A stretch of DNA of 64,000 nucleotides, from IMG/VR virus record IMGVR_UViG_3300047667_001391; one strand, 5' to 3'. Below are positions 1 to 9,497 of the stretch, piece after piece (position 1 is the first letter of the stretch; every line of letters begins with the position of its first letter). The position numbers were made by a program, and so were the translations under genes. The notes beneath the pieces are model-generated. The model made no database searches and was not told where the DNA came from. It was given only the letters and a program-made list of their open reading frames with translations. Source of the DNA: a virus (taxonomy: Duplodnaviria > Heunggongvirae > Uroviricota > Caudoviricetes).

Positions 1-120
1 ACGTATGGTGACGTATGGTCCGGTATGGTCCGGTATGGTCCGGTATGGTCCGGTATGGTCCGGTATGGTCCGGTATGGTCCGGTATGGTCCGGTATGGTC
101 CGGTATGGGGTTATTATCGA
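1..120. repeat. Tandem array of ~12 copies of a 10-bp unit (cggtatggtc with variants acgtatggtg/cggtatgggg)
   Basis: Perfect head-to-tail 10-mers read directly from the sequence. They lie at the extreme window edge, consistent with a genome-terminal repeat. Confidence 0.9.
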
Positions 121-176
121 TTTTTTTTGTAATAAATTTATGGGGTTATTATCGATTTTTTTTGTATTTTGAACAT
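114..176. repeat. Two copies of a 28-bp direct repeat (tatggggttattatcgattttttttgta) at 114-141 and 149-176
   Basis: Exact duplication read from the sequence, immediately following the 10-mer array. Confidence 0.85.
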
Positions 177-281
177 TTTTTTAAAAAAAATGCCAATTGG
201 TCAAAAAATAACCATGTGGTGATTTTGACTATTAAAAGTAGATTTTAAAAATTTGATAATTTTGATTTTGACTAAAAAAGA

Positions 282-409
282 GTTATTTTCAAATTTGTTG
301 GTCGTTTTTTGAGTTTTTTTAGTCAATTTCAAATTTGTTGGTCATTTTTTAAACAAAAGTGGTTATTTTCAAATTTATTGGTCGTTTTTTGATCGGTTTT
401 AGTCAATTT
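282..409. repeat. Three iteron-like ~31-bp repeats (gttattttcaaatttgttggtcgttttttga; copies at 282-312, 327-350 partial, 362-392) plus a repeated ttttagtcaattt at 317-330 and 397-409
   Basis: Direct repeats at ~80-bp spacing in an AT-rich noncoding stretch. This pattern is typical of origin or packaging (pac) regions. Confidence 0.7.
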
Positions 410-921
410 GACGATTTAATGCGTTTTTTGACCAAAATCGATCAAAAAATAATCAAAAGTACAAAAGCTGACTTTTCTTCGTGTGTTTTCTCAAAGAAAA
501 CGCGTCTAATGTTTTTGTTTTTCGGAAATGTTTTTATTTTTTTTATTTTATTTTATAAACTAATTATTATTTATTTTATGATTCTGTACTATTATATCCT
601 AAAATAGTACAATAATAATTACATCACTTTAGTTAGTTTTCTTCGAGATAAATACTAAAAATATATTTTGGATATATTGGAAGAATCTCGAAGAAAACTC
701 ATAAACAAAAATCATTAAAATGTTCAGGTTTACATAAAATATTAATATCAATTTATTTAATAATATTTAGCTAAAATTCTAAGAAATATATTGAGGTATT
801 TCATATAAAACTTTAGATAAATTATATTAGGTTCGAATACTGTATTTTGCTTACCCCATTTTTTTCTGGGGCTTTTGAAATATCAGCAAGAGTATACCCC
901 CCTATGTTCTGGTAGTAACAA

Positions 922-1344
922 TCAGAGTTTATTTTTTCTTTTACGTCTTTCATCACCAGTCTTAGTGTTATGGTGACCATGGCATAGCGATCTAAGATTA
1001 GACCAAGTGTAGGCCAGCTTAGGGTTGTCTTTTATTTCTATAATATGATCAACCACATTAGCTATAGTAGTAACACCGTTCTTTTCGCACTCTTCACAAA
1101 ACGGCGTGACTGTGCGCTTTTTAATTGATATATTTCTCCAACGTTTTGAATCATATATTTTCGAATTAGCTCTACCTGTAAATTTTCTATCTTCGTTCCG
1201 GTCAACCATGACAGTTTTTGTGTGTTTTGGGCATGTAGTTGTACCATCACGTACTATTTCTTTACATGATGCGGCAACGCATAATATAGCTGGCATTAAT
1301 TCTCCAAATAATAATGGGTTTAGTGCATGCGGAGGAGAGATCAC
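922..1344 (-). CDS. HNH endonuclease (possible homing endonuclease)
   Basis: Cys pair CEEC, then VDHIIEI ... N ... LCHGHHNTKT, which is an HNH motif. The real start could be the internal Met (MPAIL). Confidence 0.7.
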   Translation of the reverse strand: MISPPHALNPLLFGELMPAILCVAASCKEIVRDGTTTCPKHTKTVMVDRNEDRKFTGRANSKIYDSKRWRNISIKKRTVTPFCEECEKNGVTTIANVVDHIIEIKDNPKLAYTWSNLRSLCHGHHNTKTGDERRKRKNKL

Positions 1345-1365
1345 AGAGGCACTAAACCATAAACA

Positions 1366-1767
1366 TTAAAGCTTGTGTAGGCAATTATCGCCATGATTTT
1401 TTAGATAAGATGTCTCGGTCCTAGCTTTAGAACCACAATGTGGACACACTAAGTCTTCGGGAATCTTTACTGCCTCAACGTCAGGTTCAGGTTCAGGTTC
1501 CGGCTGAGCACTAAGAAGTTCTTCATTAACACCAAGAGTCGCAGAAATATCATCTTTTTTTGTTTGAATGAAATCAGCTAATGGAACAGAACTGCTGATG
1601 GTCTGCCCAGCAACTAAGTTTTCGACTACTTCAAAAGTATTCCAAACAACTGTCTTACCAAATTTTTTATTATTATCAACAACAGATTTTCTGTTTTCTT
1701 CGGTGTCGGGAGATGGTGGATCTAGATGTAATGTGTTTCTCGATTTCATTCTATTTTTATCTTTCAT
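1366..1767 (-). CDS. hypothetical acidic protein with a C-terminal zinc-ribbon-like CPHC...H..C motif
   Basis: 133-aa ORF in the leftward operon with a PEPEPEPD acidic repeat. Confidence 0.5.
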   Translation of the reverse strand: MKDKNRMKSRNTLHLDPPSPDTEENRKSVVDNNKKFGKTVVWNTFEVVENLVAGQTISSSVPLADFIQTKKDDISATLGVNEELLSAQPEPEPEPDVEAVKIPEDLVCPHCGSKARTETSYLKNHGDNCLHKL

Positions 1768-1812
1768 TGTGCTCGCCTCATTAGTTATAATTTATAATTA
1801 ATAAACTATTTA

Positions 1813-2031
1813 TTAATCGTCTTTGTATATTTCTTTCAATGCATCTGCAAATTTAATTTGATCTTCTTCGGTTAGATTAACATCATCTGCATCTAACCAT
1901 TCTTTTAATTTTGCATCAGATGTAGTCTCTCTAGCTAAAAGAAATAAACTAGCTAATTCTTCGCTGGATGCATTTAGTTCATCTATAACACTGAATGGAG
2001 TAAAAATACATCTCAATAAATCTTTAATCAT
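1813..2031 (-). CDS. hypothetical protein
   Basis: 72-aa ORF, tightly packed in the leftward operon. Confidence 0.4.
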   Translation of the reverse strand: MIKDLLRCIFTPFSVIDELNASSEELASLFLLARETTSDAKLKEWLDADDVNLTEEDQIKFADALKEIYKDD

Positions 2032-2044
2032 ATATATATGAATC

Positions 2045-2878
2045 CTAAATGCTAATCGGTGCTTTAATGTGAGGGTGTGTATTGTAATTTACTAAATTAA
2101 AGTCATCAATTGTAAAGTTAAAAATATTATCTATTTCTGGGTTAATAGTCATTGCTGGTAAACATATCGGTGTCCGACTTAACTGAAGTTCTGCTTGTTT
2201 GAGATGATCAAGATACAAATGTGCATCACCTAATGTGTGAATAAAATCACCCAATTTTAGATTACATACTTGTGCAACCATCATTGTTAATAATGCATAA
2301 CTAGCAATATTAAATGGAACACCCAAAAATATATCACCACTTCGCTGATATAATTGGCATGATAATTTACCATCCAATACATAAAACTGAAACATGGTGT
2401 GGCATGGCGGTAAAGCCTGTTTACCCTGCTTTGCATTTTCTTTAGGTGAAAAATTTGTATCAGGTAACAAAGCCGGATTCCAAGCACTAACAATTAAACG
2501 TCTGGAGTCTGGGTTAGTTTTAATCTGTTCGATTAATTGACTAATTTGATCAATAACTTGGCCATCGACACCCTCCCAACTTCTCCATTGCTTGCCATAT
2601 ACCGGACCCAACTCACCTTCATCAGTTGCCCATTCGTCCCAAATTTTGACCTTATTTTCAGTCAAATATGCAATATTTGTATCACCTTTCAAGAACCACA
2701 GAAGCTCGTGTATAATAGCCCGTAAATTGCACTTTTTGGTAGTAACAATAGGAAACCCATCATTTAAATTATATCTCATTTGATATCCAAATACACTCAA
2801 TGTGCCTGTGCCTGTACGATCTTCTTTCTTTGTACCATTAGTAAGTACATGTTCCATCAATTCTAAATATTGCTTCAT
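2045..2878 (-). CDS. thyA: thymidylate synthase (ThyA type)
   Basis: Full-length match to the ThyA family: MKQYLELM..., the R-x-x-x-x-G-T-G-T motif, a PC-H active-site region and a conserved C-terminal ...HIKAPISI. Confidence 0.95.
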   Translation of the reverse strand: MKQYLELMEHVLTNGTKKEDRTGTGTLSVFGYQMRYNLNDGFPIVTTKKCNLRAIIHELLWFLKGDTNIAYLTENKVKIWDEWATDEGELGPVYGKQWRSWEGVDGQVIDQISQLIEQIKTNPDSRRLIVSAWNPALLPDTNFSPKENAKQGKQALPPCHTMFQFYVLDGKLSCQLYQRSGDIFLGVPFNIASYALLTMMVAQVCNLKLGDFIHTLGDAHLYLDHLKQAELQLSRTPICLPAMTINPEIDNIFNFTIDDFNLVNYNTHPHIKAPISI

Positions 2879-3017
2879 TATTTTCTCACTATGTTAGTTG
2901 TTTGGTTAAATATACAATAGAACCTTTTGTTAATCTACTAGGGTCAACCATACTACAACTAAGGAAGAACAACAATATAAAAATCATTCTAATATAAAAC
3001 ATTAATACTATTCCTTA

Positions 3018-3461
3018 TCATAAACTTTCTCGATTAACGATGATCCTACTATGTTTTAATGTCAACTTAATATCATCTCTAATCTCATACCAAGTCTTAG
3101 TCCAATTACCTCGAACGGTAAGGGCTAAACTTGGTTTTATTCCAATAACTTTGTGACAATTTGTACGTTTTGTGTACTTTGGGAAGAAACTAAATCCTTT
3201 GTAATTTGTTTCTTCGCCAGTAATTTTCTTTTCTAATACATGACCACTCAACCAGAATGTCAATGCATTAAATGCATGGTTATGGTATGCTTCCCTACTA
3301 CCCTCAGAAAAGTGAAGTATACCTACACTAAACACAGGTTTCCATTCAATTAGAAAATACCCAGTAACACCAGATTCTTTCCCACCATCGCATTTTTTAA
3401 AAAACAACCGAGGGCACCAATAAGATGCGTAAAACTTTTTTATTAATTTAATTATGCTCAT
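3018..3461 (-). CDS. hypothetical protein
   Basis: 147-aa ORF between thyA and the second HNH gene. Confidence 0.5.
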   Translation of the reverse strand: MSIIKLIKKFYASYWCPRLFFKKCDGGKESGVTGYFLIEWKPVFSVGILHFSEGSREAYHNHAFNALTFWLSGHVLEKKITGEETNYKGFSFFPKYTKRTNCHKVIGIKPSLALTVRGNWTKTWYEIRDDIKLTLKHSRIIVNRESL

Positions 3462-3463
3462 CG

Positions 3464-4078
3464 TTACTCACTATTTAATATTGCTCTGTAGCACTCTTTC
3501 CGCTTACCTGCATTAGACATTTGCGTTTCAGTAAAACTATATTGTACAAGAAGTCTTTTCTGTGCTAATGTGTCATTAACCTTAATCCACAAAATAACTT
3601 TCTTTTCTGTGACTGCTTCATCAAATGTAATGCAATATCTTTCTGCATATGTTTTGGCTTCATGGCAAGGCTTACAAAATATTTGAAGTTCATCGAGTGT
3701 TACATCAAGAATACTTCGAGCGAACTTCTCAATGTCACTTAATGTCTTAAGTTGGTGCTCACCTTTTATGTGGTCAACCTCAACATCTGTCATTTTAAAT
3801 AGACCCGCACAATGCTCACATCCACACAACCATTTAGTTCTGGTCGTTGGGTCCATATCAGCAATTCGTCCTTGCTCTAATTTGAGTAAACGAACGGGTG
3901 ACATCATCCATGTTTTTCTAACGCAGCTACGAAGTATGGTACACATTTTCTTATCAGATAATTTATCACCACCAATTGATTTAATTAGCGATTCTTTAAA
4001 ATCTTTTTTCTTGTCTAAGTCTGCTTTTGACGGTTTGGCCATGTCATGTTTCCTCATAACAAAAGTAATATATCTCAC
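3464..4078 (-). CDS. HNH endonuclease (possible homing endonuclease)
   Basis: CGCEHC...VDHIKGEH...CKPCHEAKT is an HNH motif. The gene sits next to thyA, a classic homing-endonuclease target. Confidence 0.65.
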   Translation of the reverse strand: MRYITFVMRKHDMAKPSKADLDKKKDFKESLIKSIGGDKLSDKKMCTILRSCVRKTWMMSPVRLLKLEQGRIADMDPTTRTKWLCGCEHCAGLFKMTDVEVDHIKGEHQLKTLSDIEKFARSILDVTLDELQIFCKPCHEAKTYAERYCITFDEAVTEKKVILWIKVNDTLAQKRLLVQYSFTETQMSNAGKRKECYRAILNSE

Positions 4079-4235
4079 ATTGAAATAGTTTACTTTTGTT
4101 ATTAGTTGATTAAAAAAGTTTACACTGGAATTTACATAAGCTACAATAAATATTCCAATGAAGAAAAATAGTAATTGTCTTTTAGTCTAACAGAGGAGGA
4201 AATAAATCATGCTCTAATTAAATATTAAAATTAGG

Positions 4236-4400
4236 AGGCACTCAGCAGCACCCCCAAATTTCAGCTGATCTCAGGTCAATCTTCACTAGGTTCCTATGCC
4301 CTGCTTTCGACGGCAGGGTTGATGGACTTTCGTTCGGCTCATGCCCTTGACTGACAGCATCGCGGCTGTTCTGAGTTAAGAAATAATCGATCTGCTCCCG
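4236..4400. other. GC-rich (~55%) structured noncoding island in an AT-rich genome; candidate ncRNA or regulatory element
   Basis: No ORF of 60 aa or more in any frame across 4089-4507. Local stems are present (ccctgc...gcaggg; ctcag...ctgag). Confidence 0.25.
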
Positions 4401-4408
4401 ACCTCTCT

Positions 4409-4469
4409 ATCTATATGGACGTCCAGCTGGAGGCGGCGAATCTATTGACGTCCAGCTGGACGTCCATAT
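4409..4469. promoter_or_regulatory. 21-bp inverted repeat (ctatatggacgtccagctgga / tccagctggacgtccatatag) containing an 18-bp perfect palindrome GACGTCCAGCTGGACGTC (4445-4462); candidate operator or endonuclease site
   Basis: Read directly from the sequence. It lies ~40 nt upstream of the ORF starting at 4508, and ~330 nt upstream of the divergent HNH gene whose 5' end is at 4078. Confidence 0.6.
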
Positions 4470-4507
4470 AGCACAAAACACACCAAATAACCAAAATAGG
4501 AGAGAAA

Positions 4508-5056
4508 ATGTACAAAAATAAGTTATCTGAATATAAAATATTAGAGGAGGAGCGTAGATATTACGGGCATTTTGTATGTAAAATTGACTTCGTGAAATGG
4601 ATGTATGATAACACACAAGCATTTGAGCCGCGATGGTCTTCATTGATAAATTCTATGTCTACTGTAGAGAAATACATTATTACCAAACGCAAAAGAGTTT
4701 ATATACCTGAGTCGATGGGTAACCCATTCTTTTTGAATTATAAACCATTGCGGTCAATTCTCAATGAACATGGGGTGATAAATTTCCCATCTAATAGTAA
4801 ACGAAAACCTGATTTAAGATTAACTGGTGCATGTAAGAAAGAATTTGAAACTTTGATGGTGATGGTAAGTGCTGTCAATAAAGATAGATCAAGTGATGAA
4901 TTTTGGGAAGTTGTATTTTCTCCTATCCGGACTTCACTGAAGAGTAAACCTCTCAAAAATGGATTTGCTGTCAAAATCGTATATCCAGATAAAAGTGTGA
5001 CTTGTGTATATCACTTAATTGGTCGATATCACATTGCCACAAATGTATTAAATTAA
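4508..5056 (+). CDS. hypothetical protein
   Basis: 182-aa ORF with an SD (aggagag) 7 nt upstream, followed by a strong terminator. Confidence 0.55.
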   Translation: MYKNKLSEYKILEEERRYYGHFVCKIDFVKWMYDNTQAFEPRWSSLINSMSTVEKYIITKRKRVYIPESMGNPFFLNYKPLRSILNEHGVINFPSNSKRKPDLRLTGACKKEFETLMVMVSAVNKDRSSDEFWEVVFSPIRTSLKSKPLKNGFAVKIVYPDKSVTCVYHLIGRYHIATNVLN

Positions 5057-5086
5057 CATCAAAATTATACGCGGGTTTGCGGCATG

Positions 5087-5140
5087 TTATACGCGGGTTT
5101 GCGATTGTAAAATGTGGTTGCAAACCCGCGTATAATTTTT
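5087..5140 (+). terminator. rho-independent terminator: 16-bp stem (ttatacgcgggtttgc / gcaaacccgcgtataa), then TTTTT
   Basis: Perfect inverted repeat plus T-run. An extra direct copy of the left arm sits at 5065-5081. Confidence 0.7.
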
Positions 5141-5623
5141 GGCTTAAAGTCATATATAGCAATGGATGTAGAGGGAAAATCGAAAAAAAAATTGAAGTAG
5201 CCTATTATATATATGTTTTAAAATTAAGTTTTACTGTACATTTATCATATGTTCGGGAGTTTATGTTGAACGAATAAATATCGTTGCAACGCAACACGAA
5301 CGTAGTGAGAACAAACATTAATACCCTAAATGGTATATTAAATACAATATACCTTTGATGGTATATATCAACTGATGTTAAGGGTTTAATTCTTAACGCT
5401 CCGGTGGAACCTCCACTAAATTAAAATTACGTCATGCTTTCCGCTATCGCTACAAACACAACTTCATAATATGTTTTTGTAAAATAAATACGATTCAAAT
5501 AAATAAAATGCGGAGCATTATGGGAACGAGCGCGAAGCGATGGTTCACAATTAAATAAAATCTTTACTTGTTATGTGTTATATAATAAGATGTTGTTATT
5601 AAATCAGCTAAAGAGAAATCATA

Positions 5624-5797
5624 ATGCGAAACAAATATAAAGTTACTTTCAATAATCACAATAAAGAATGTACCCTTAATACAGAAGTATGTAAGGTAAT
5701 TCACGCAAGTAGTGTACTCGAAGCTAAAGAGACATGTACCGATATATATGATGATATGAATGGTCATTTTAGAATATTGAGTGTAGTTAAAATATAA
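5624..5797 (+). CDS. small hypothetical protein (57 aa, Cys-rich)
   Basis: ORF just below the track threshold. A possible TTTACT-17-TAAGAT promoter lies upstream. Confidence 0.3.
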   Translation: MRNKYKVTFNNHNKECTLNTEVCKVIHASSVLEAKETCTDIYDDMNGHFRILSVVKI

Positions 5798-5810
5798 CTG
5801 GGGTGGGGTT

Positions 5811-8210
5811 GTGAGTAGAGAAAAACAATTAGAATTAGAAAAAGAAATGCTTTCGTTAGGTGAGGAGAAGTATAGAAATGAACTTAGTGTATCAGATGAT
5901 TTTGACTCAGTTCATATTCAGAAAATTGTAACCAAGATGATTATTCCATTTTCTCAGGTAATTAAGAAAGCTATCGATAAAGATATAGCACTAAATGGTA
6001 ATGGTACTATGCCGCCATTAAAGAGGCTAAACAACAAACATTTCTTCGTGAATGCATTATCCAAAAAAGAAATTGAATTAGGTAGTGAACGGGATACTAC
6101 AGTAACCTGTATGCAACTGTCGTTTCTTGTGGTTAGGGGTATATTTATTTCTCTAAGAGAAGGTAAACGAACAGAATCATCATGTAATCGAGAGTTAGGT
6201 AAACAAATAAATTCTAATGTAATAACTGAGGAGAAATACCCAGATGTTGATGAACTTAGGATTGGTGCTACACTCAATGACTTATTGGTGAATGCATACC
6301 CTGAGTGGTTTGATTTAGTGTGGGATAAAAAACACAAAATATACAAGAACCCATTTGATTTTATTGATTCAAAATCTAAGAAACGGGAATACATCATCAC
6401 ACCATCGGAAAAGTTTATGGACTTCTGTAGTGAGATTATAGAGGGTATTGCTGAAATTAGTGCGATCATTCATCCTATGATATATATACCCGATGATTGG
6501 TCAGAAGACGGACGTGGTGGTGGTTTTTATAGTGAACAGTTGAAGCGTAATATAATTAAAAAGAAGGATATACATTATCCATCTGGTATCAATGTCGATA
6601 TAGCTGCTGCAGTCAATTCAATTCAATCTACACCATGGAAAGTTAATCATCAGGTGTTGTATGTATTGGACATGTTGAATATCATGGAAAAACCCAGTAC
6701 GTTACCTAAAATATTCCCAGAAACAGTAGAAGAAACACCGAAGAAACCATGGGAATCTATAGATAAAGAAAATCACACCGAAGAACAGGTTATGGATGTT
6801 CGGAAATGGTGGCGTAAAGCAGCAAAATTAACTAAAGCGAGGCAAGCAAAGCGTTCACTTGACCTATCCACTAACTCGGTAATATTTCAAGCTAAAAAGT
6901 TTCAAAATGAGCTTTTTTTATACTTTCCCCATGACTTAGATTATCGTGACAGAATTTATAACAAATGTATGACTGGATTAAATACGCAAGGGTCTGATGT
7001 CCAAAAAGGTGTTTTACAATTTGCTCATGGTGAAGTACTGACAGCTGGTGGTGTCCGGTGGATGAAAATCAACATGGCTAATTTAGTTGGTCATGATAAA
7101 CTTAAGTTAGTGGAGCGGGTGGCTTGGGTTGATGACAATGAAATCTTACTGAGAACAGTTGCAACTGACCCAATAGGATGCAATATATGGCATACATGGG
7201 ACAAACCTATCCAAGGTCTAGCAAGTGCATTGGAATATATTAAATGGCTAGATAACCCACTAGAACCTGTTTTTTTGCACGTTCAATTGGATGGACTATG
7301 CAATGGGGTGCAACACCTCTCTGCTATCACTAGAGACGCTGCTGTTGCGCCACATGTTGGGTTAATACCAACCGAACAACGCGGTGATGTTTATCAATTT
7401 GTTTGTGATGCAGTAATTGAAGTAATTAAAAGTGATACTGATGGTTGGGCTGCCATGTCCAATGAGTGGATAGAGTCTGAATTATTAGATAGAGGTCTAA
7501 CTAAAACCCCAGTAATGACCCGCTCATATGGTGCTAAGCTATATGGAATTAAAGAAGGTATTCAGGATTATATCGACGAAAAAAATAAAGAAGATTGCTT
7601 TAGTGATGTGTTTAGTAGCGGCAATTGGATGGGTGAGCGTATCTGGGATGGGATGTCGGAATCACTCGCAGGTCCGATGGCGTTTATGGAATGGGTACAA
7701 AAATGTGCTGGTGTCTTAGCGAAGCATAATTTACCGATGAACTGGGTTAATCCAATCGGCGGGAAATGTTCACAGAGTCCGTTTAAGACAACATCAAAAA
7801 CCCTCAAAGTTAAAATAAATGGTAGGCGGGTTGATTATAAAATACATACCCCGACTGATAAAATTGACAAAGGCAAAGCAGAGGCATCGTCATCACCAAA
7901 CTTAATACATGGTAATGATGCAAGCCACTTATTACTTACTGTAATCAAATGTTTATCTGAAGGCATAAATAAGTTTGCTATGGTACATGACAGCTTTGGT
8001 TGCCATCCAAATTACGCAGATAAATTACTCCTATGTGCTAAAGAGGCGTGGATTGAAATATACAGTAAGGATTGGATGCACATTTGGTATGTGGGTTGGT
8101 GTGAACAAATGCAAAGGTCTGGGTTTGATGTTGACCTACTGCCGTTACCACCAGAAAAGGGCACACTCGATATAACTAATGTTATGGGTTCCGATTTCTT
8201 TTTTGTGTGA
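5811..8210 (+). CDS. single-subunit DNA-directed RNA polymerase, T7 family
   Basis: T7-RNAP-like motifs: DGLCNGVQHLSAI (T7 DGSCSGIQHFSAM), RSYGAKLYG, HDSFG (motif C), and a C-terminal ...SDFFFV (T7 ...SDFAFA). GTG start with a GGGGTGG SD. Confidence 0.9.
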   Translation: MSREKQLELEKEMLSLGEEKYRNELSVSDDFDSVHIQKIVTKMIIPFSQVIKKAIDKDIALNGNGTMPPLKRLNNKHFFVNALSKKEIELGSERDTTVTCMQLSFLVVRGIFISLREGKRTESSCNRELGKQINSNVITEEKYPDVDELRIGATLNDLLVNAYPEWFDLVWDKKHKIYKNPFDFIDSKSKKREYIITPSEKFMDFCSEIIEGIAEISAIIHPMIYIPDDWSEDGRGGGFYSEQLKRNIIKKKDIHYPSGINVDIAAAVNSIQSTPWKVNHQVLYVLDMLNIMEKPSTLPKIFPETVEETPKKPWESIDKENHTEEQVMDVRKWWRKAAKLTKARQAKRSLDLSTNSVIFQAKKFQNELFLYFPHDLDYRDRIYNKCMTGLNTQGSDVQKGVLQFAHGEVLTAGGVRWMKINMANLVGHDKLKLVERVAWVDDNEILLRTVATDPIGCNIWHTWDKPIQGLASALEYIKWLDNPLEPVFLHVQLDGLCNGVQHLSAITRDAAVAPHVGLIPTEQRGDVYQFVCDAVIEVIKSDTDGWAAMSNEWIESELLDRGLTKTPVMTRSYGAKLYGIKEGIQDYIDEKNKEDCFSDVFSSGNWMGERIWDGMSESLAGPMAFMEWVQKCAGVLAKHNLPMNWVNPIGGKCSQSPFKTTSKTLKVKINGRRVDYKIHTPTDKIDKGKAEASSSPNLIHGNDASHLLLTVIKCLSEGINKFAMVHDSFGCHPNYADKLLLCAKEAWIEIYSKDWMHIWYVGWCEQMQRSGFDVDLLPLPPEKGTLDITNVMGSDFFFV

Positions 8211-8213
8211 TGG

Positions 8214-8253
8214 TTTACTTTTACATTCAATCAGGTATCATATGCCTACTGAA
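8214..8253 (+). promoter_or_regulatory. sigma70-like promoter TTTACT-16-TATCAT followed by the conserved ACTGAA start region
   Basis: -35/-10 spacing plus ACTGAA 6 nt after the -10, as in the promoter family below. Confidence 0.4.
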
Positions 8254-8270
8254 ATTAAAGGGGTATTATT

Positions 8271-8474
8271 ATGATTACACTTGACCAATTACTTGAACTA
8301 AAAGAATCAGAATCTTGGGTGCCTGCTTGTGGTGGTACCGAAAAACAGTTTATTATTAAGGGTAGGACGGTGCAGTATATGTGGAATACATTTACTAAAG
8401 AACATACTTATTATGATGTTCTTCGTGATGTGTTTTTGGAAAATGACGACCTTAAAGAACTAGGTCTTTTGTAA
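8271..8474 (+). CDS. hypothetical protein
   Basis: 67-aa ORF with a GGGG SD. Confidence 0.5.
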   Translation: MITLDQLLELKESESWVPACGGTEKQFIIKGRTVQYMWNTFTKEHTYYDVLRDVFLENDDLKELGLL

Positions 8475-8489
8475 TTTTTAGGAGAGTAA

Positions 8490-9497
8490 ATGAGTAAATT
8501 ATTAGATCGAATGAAAAAGCTATCTACTGTAGTAGGTTCAAGTGCGTTATCTAAATCAGAATTTTTTAAATATGATGTAACTCCAACAGCCATTCCGATA
8601 TTAAATTTAGCGTTTGGTGGTTCGGTTTTTAGTGGGTTAACGGGCGGCATAACTATGTTGGCTGGTGAGTCAAGAACATTCAAAACTGGCTTATTAATTC
8701 AAATGGTTAAAGCATTTCAAGTTAAACATAAAACTGGTGTTTGTGTATTTTATGATAGTGAGTTTAGTTCTCTGGATTACTGGATTAGTGCAGGTATTGA
8801 TATGGACCGAATACTTCATACTCCAGTAGTTACTATTGATGAATTGAAACATGACATGGCCAAGTTATTGGATAGTATTGAGCCAGAAGATAAAATTATG
8901 TTTGTTTGTGATAGTATTGGTGGGCTTGCTTCCAAAAAAGAAGCCATGGATGCAGTCGAACGTGCTGACATGCCAGTTGATATGACCCGCGCCAAGACTA
9001 TGAATTCTTTGTTTCGTGTGGTTACTCCTGTATTAAATAAATTAAAAATAGATTTTGTACTGATCAACTCATTTTATGAAACAATGGATAAATACCCAAC
9101 CAGAGTTTATGCTGGTGGTAAGAAAGTGTTCCTATCCTGTGATGATGTTTTCTTTATTAGTCGCAGTAAGATTACACAAAAGGACACAAAAAAACTCGAT
9201 GGTTTTACATTTACTCTAAATGCAGATAAATCTCGTACCGTTATAGAGGGTAGTAAGTTTCCGATTGCAGTTACATTTCAAGGCGGCATTGATCGTTATT
9301 CTGGCCTATATGAATTAGCCAAAGAAGCTGGATTTATAGAAGTGTCCGGTGCTTGGGTTAAGTTAATGGACTTTGACACAAAGGTTATGGGTGGTAATGT
9401 GAGGGTTAAGGATATTAAGTCTGAATTTTATGAGGCATTAATAACTAACGATAAATTTACTGAGTTTGCATCAAAGAAATACAAACTAAATGGGTAA
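8490..9497 (+). CDS. uvsX: UvsX/RecA-family recombinase
   Basis: Co-linear with T4 UvsX: MSKLL..., a P-loop GESRTFKTG, VCVFYDSEFS, CDSIGGLASKKE, TRAKTMNSLFRVVTP and SRTV-EGSKF. Confidence 0.9.
   Translation: MSKLLDRMKKLSTVVGSSALSKSEFFKYDVTPTAIPILNLAFGGSVFSGLTGGITMLAGESRTFKTGLLIQMVKAFQVKHKTGVCVFYDSEFSSLDYWISAGIDMDRILHTPVVTIDELKHDMAKLLDSIEPEDKIMFVCDSIGGLASKKEAMDAVERADMPVDMTRAKTMNSLFRVVTPVLNKLKIDFVLINSFYETMDKYPTRVYAGGKKVFLSCDDVFFISRSKITQKDTKKLDGFTFTLNADKSRTVIEGSKFPIAVTFQGGIDRYSGLYELAKEAGFIEVSGAWVKLMDFDTKVMGGNVRVKDIKSEFYEALITNDKFTEFASKKYKLNG

Noticed and set aside
1-120. CRISPR array
   Set aside because: The repeats are only 10 bp and directly abutting, with no spacers, and no cas genes are present.
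15-248. 77-aa ORF (MVRYGPVWSG x3) across the 10-mer tandem array
   Set aside because: It is an artefact of translating a perfect 10-bp (non-multiple-of-3) repeat. There is no RBS, and it lies in terminal noncoding repeats.
359-607. 82-aa ORF in the AT-rich iteron region
   Set aside because: Low-complexity Ile/Phe/Leu-rich translation of AT-rich DNA overlapping the iterons, with no SD. It is a probable non-coding origin/terminal region.
829-900. Possible tRNA (GGTTCGAATAC T-loop-like motif) and hairpin ccccatttttttctgggg
   Set aside because: No acceptor, D-arm or anticodon-arm cloverleaf could be built around the motif. It is a weak 5-bp hairpin only, possibly a minor terminator.
4236-4400. 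tRNA or group I intron in the GC-rich island
   Set aside because: No cloverleaf can be built: the TTCGA-containing stem has no matching acceptor stem. No intron core P3-P7 elements are recognisable. The island is kept only as an unclassified structured element.
5954-6469. 171-aa minus-strand ORF inside the RNAP gene, and many other antisense ORFs (e.g. 20234..20635, 31149..31505, 34064..34435, 47323..47778, 55856..56311, 60263..60622)
   Set aside because: They lie fully inside well-supported plus-strand genes with recognisable motifs, have no RBS, and show composition typical of antisense frames.
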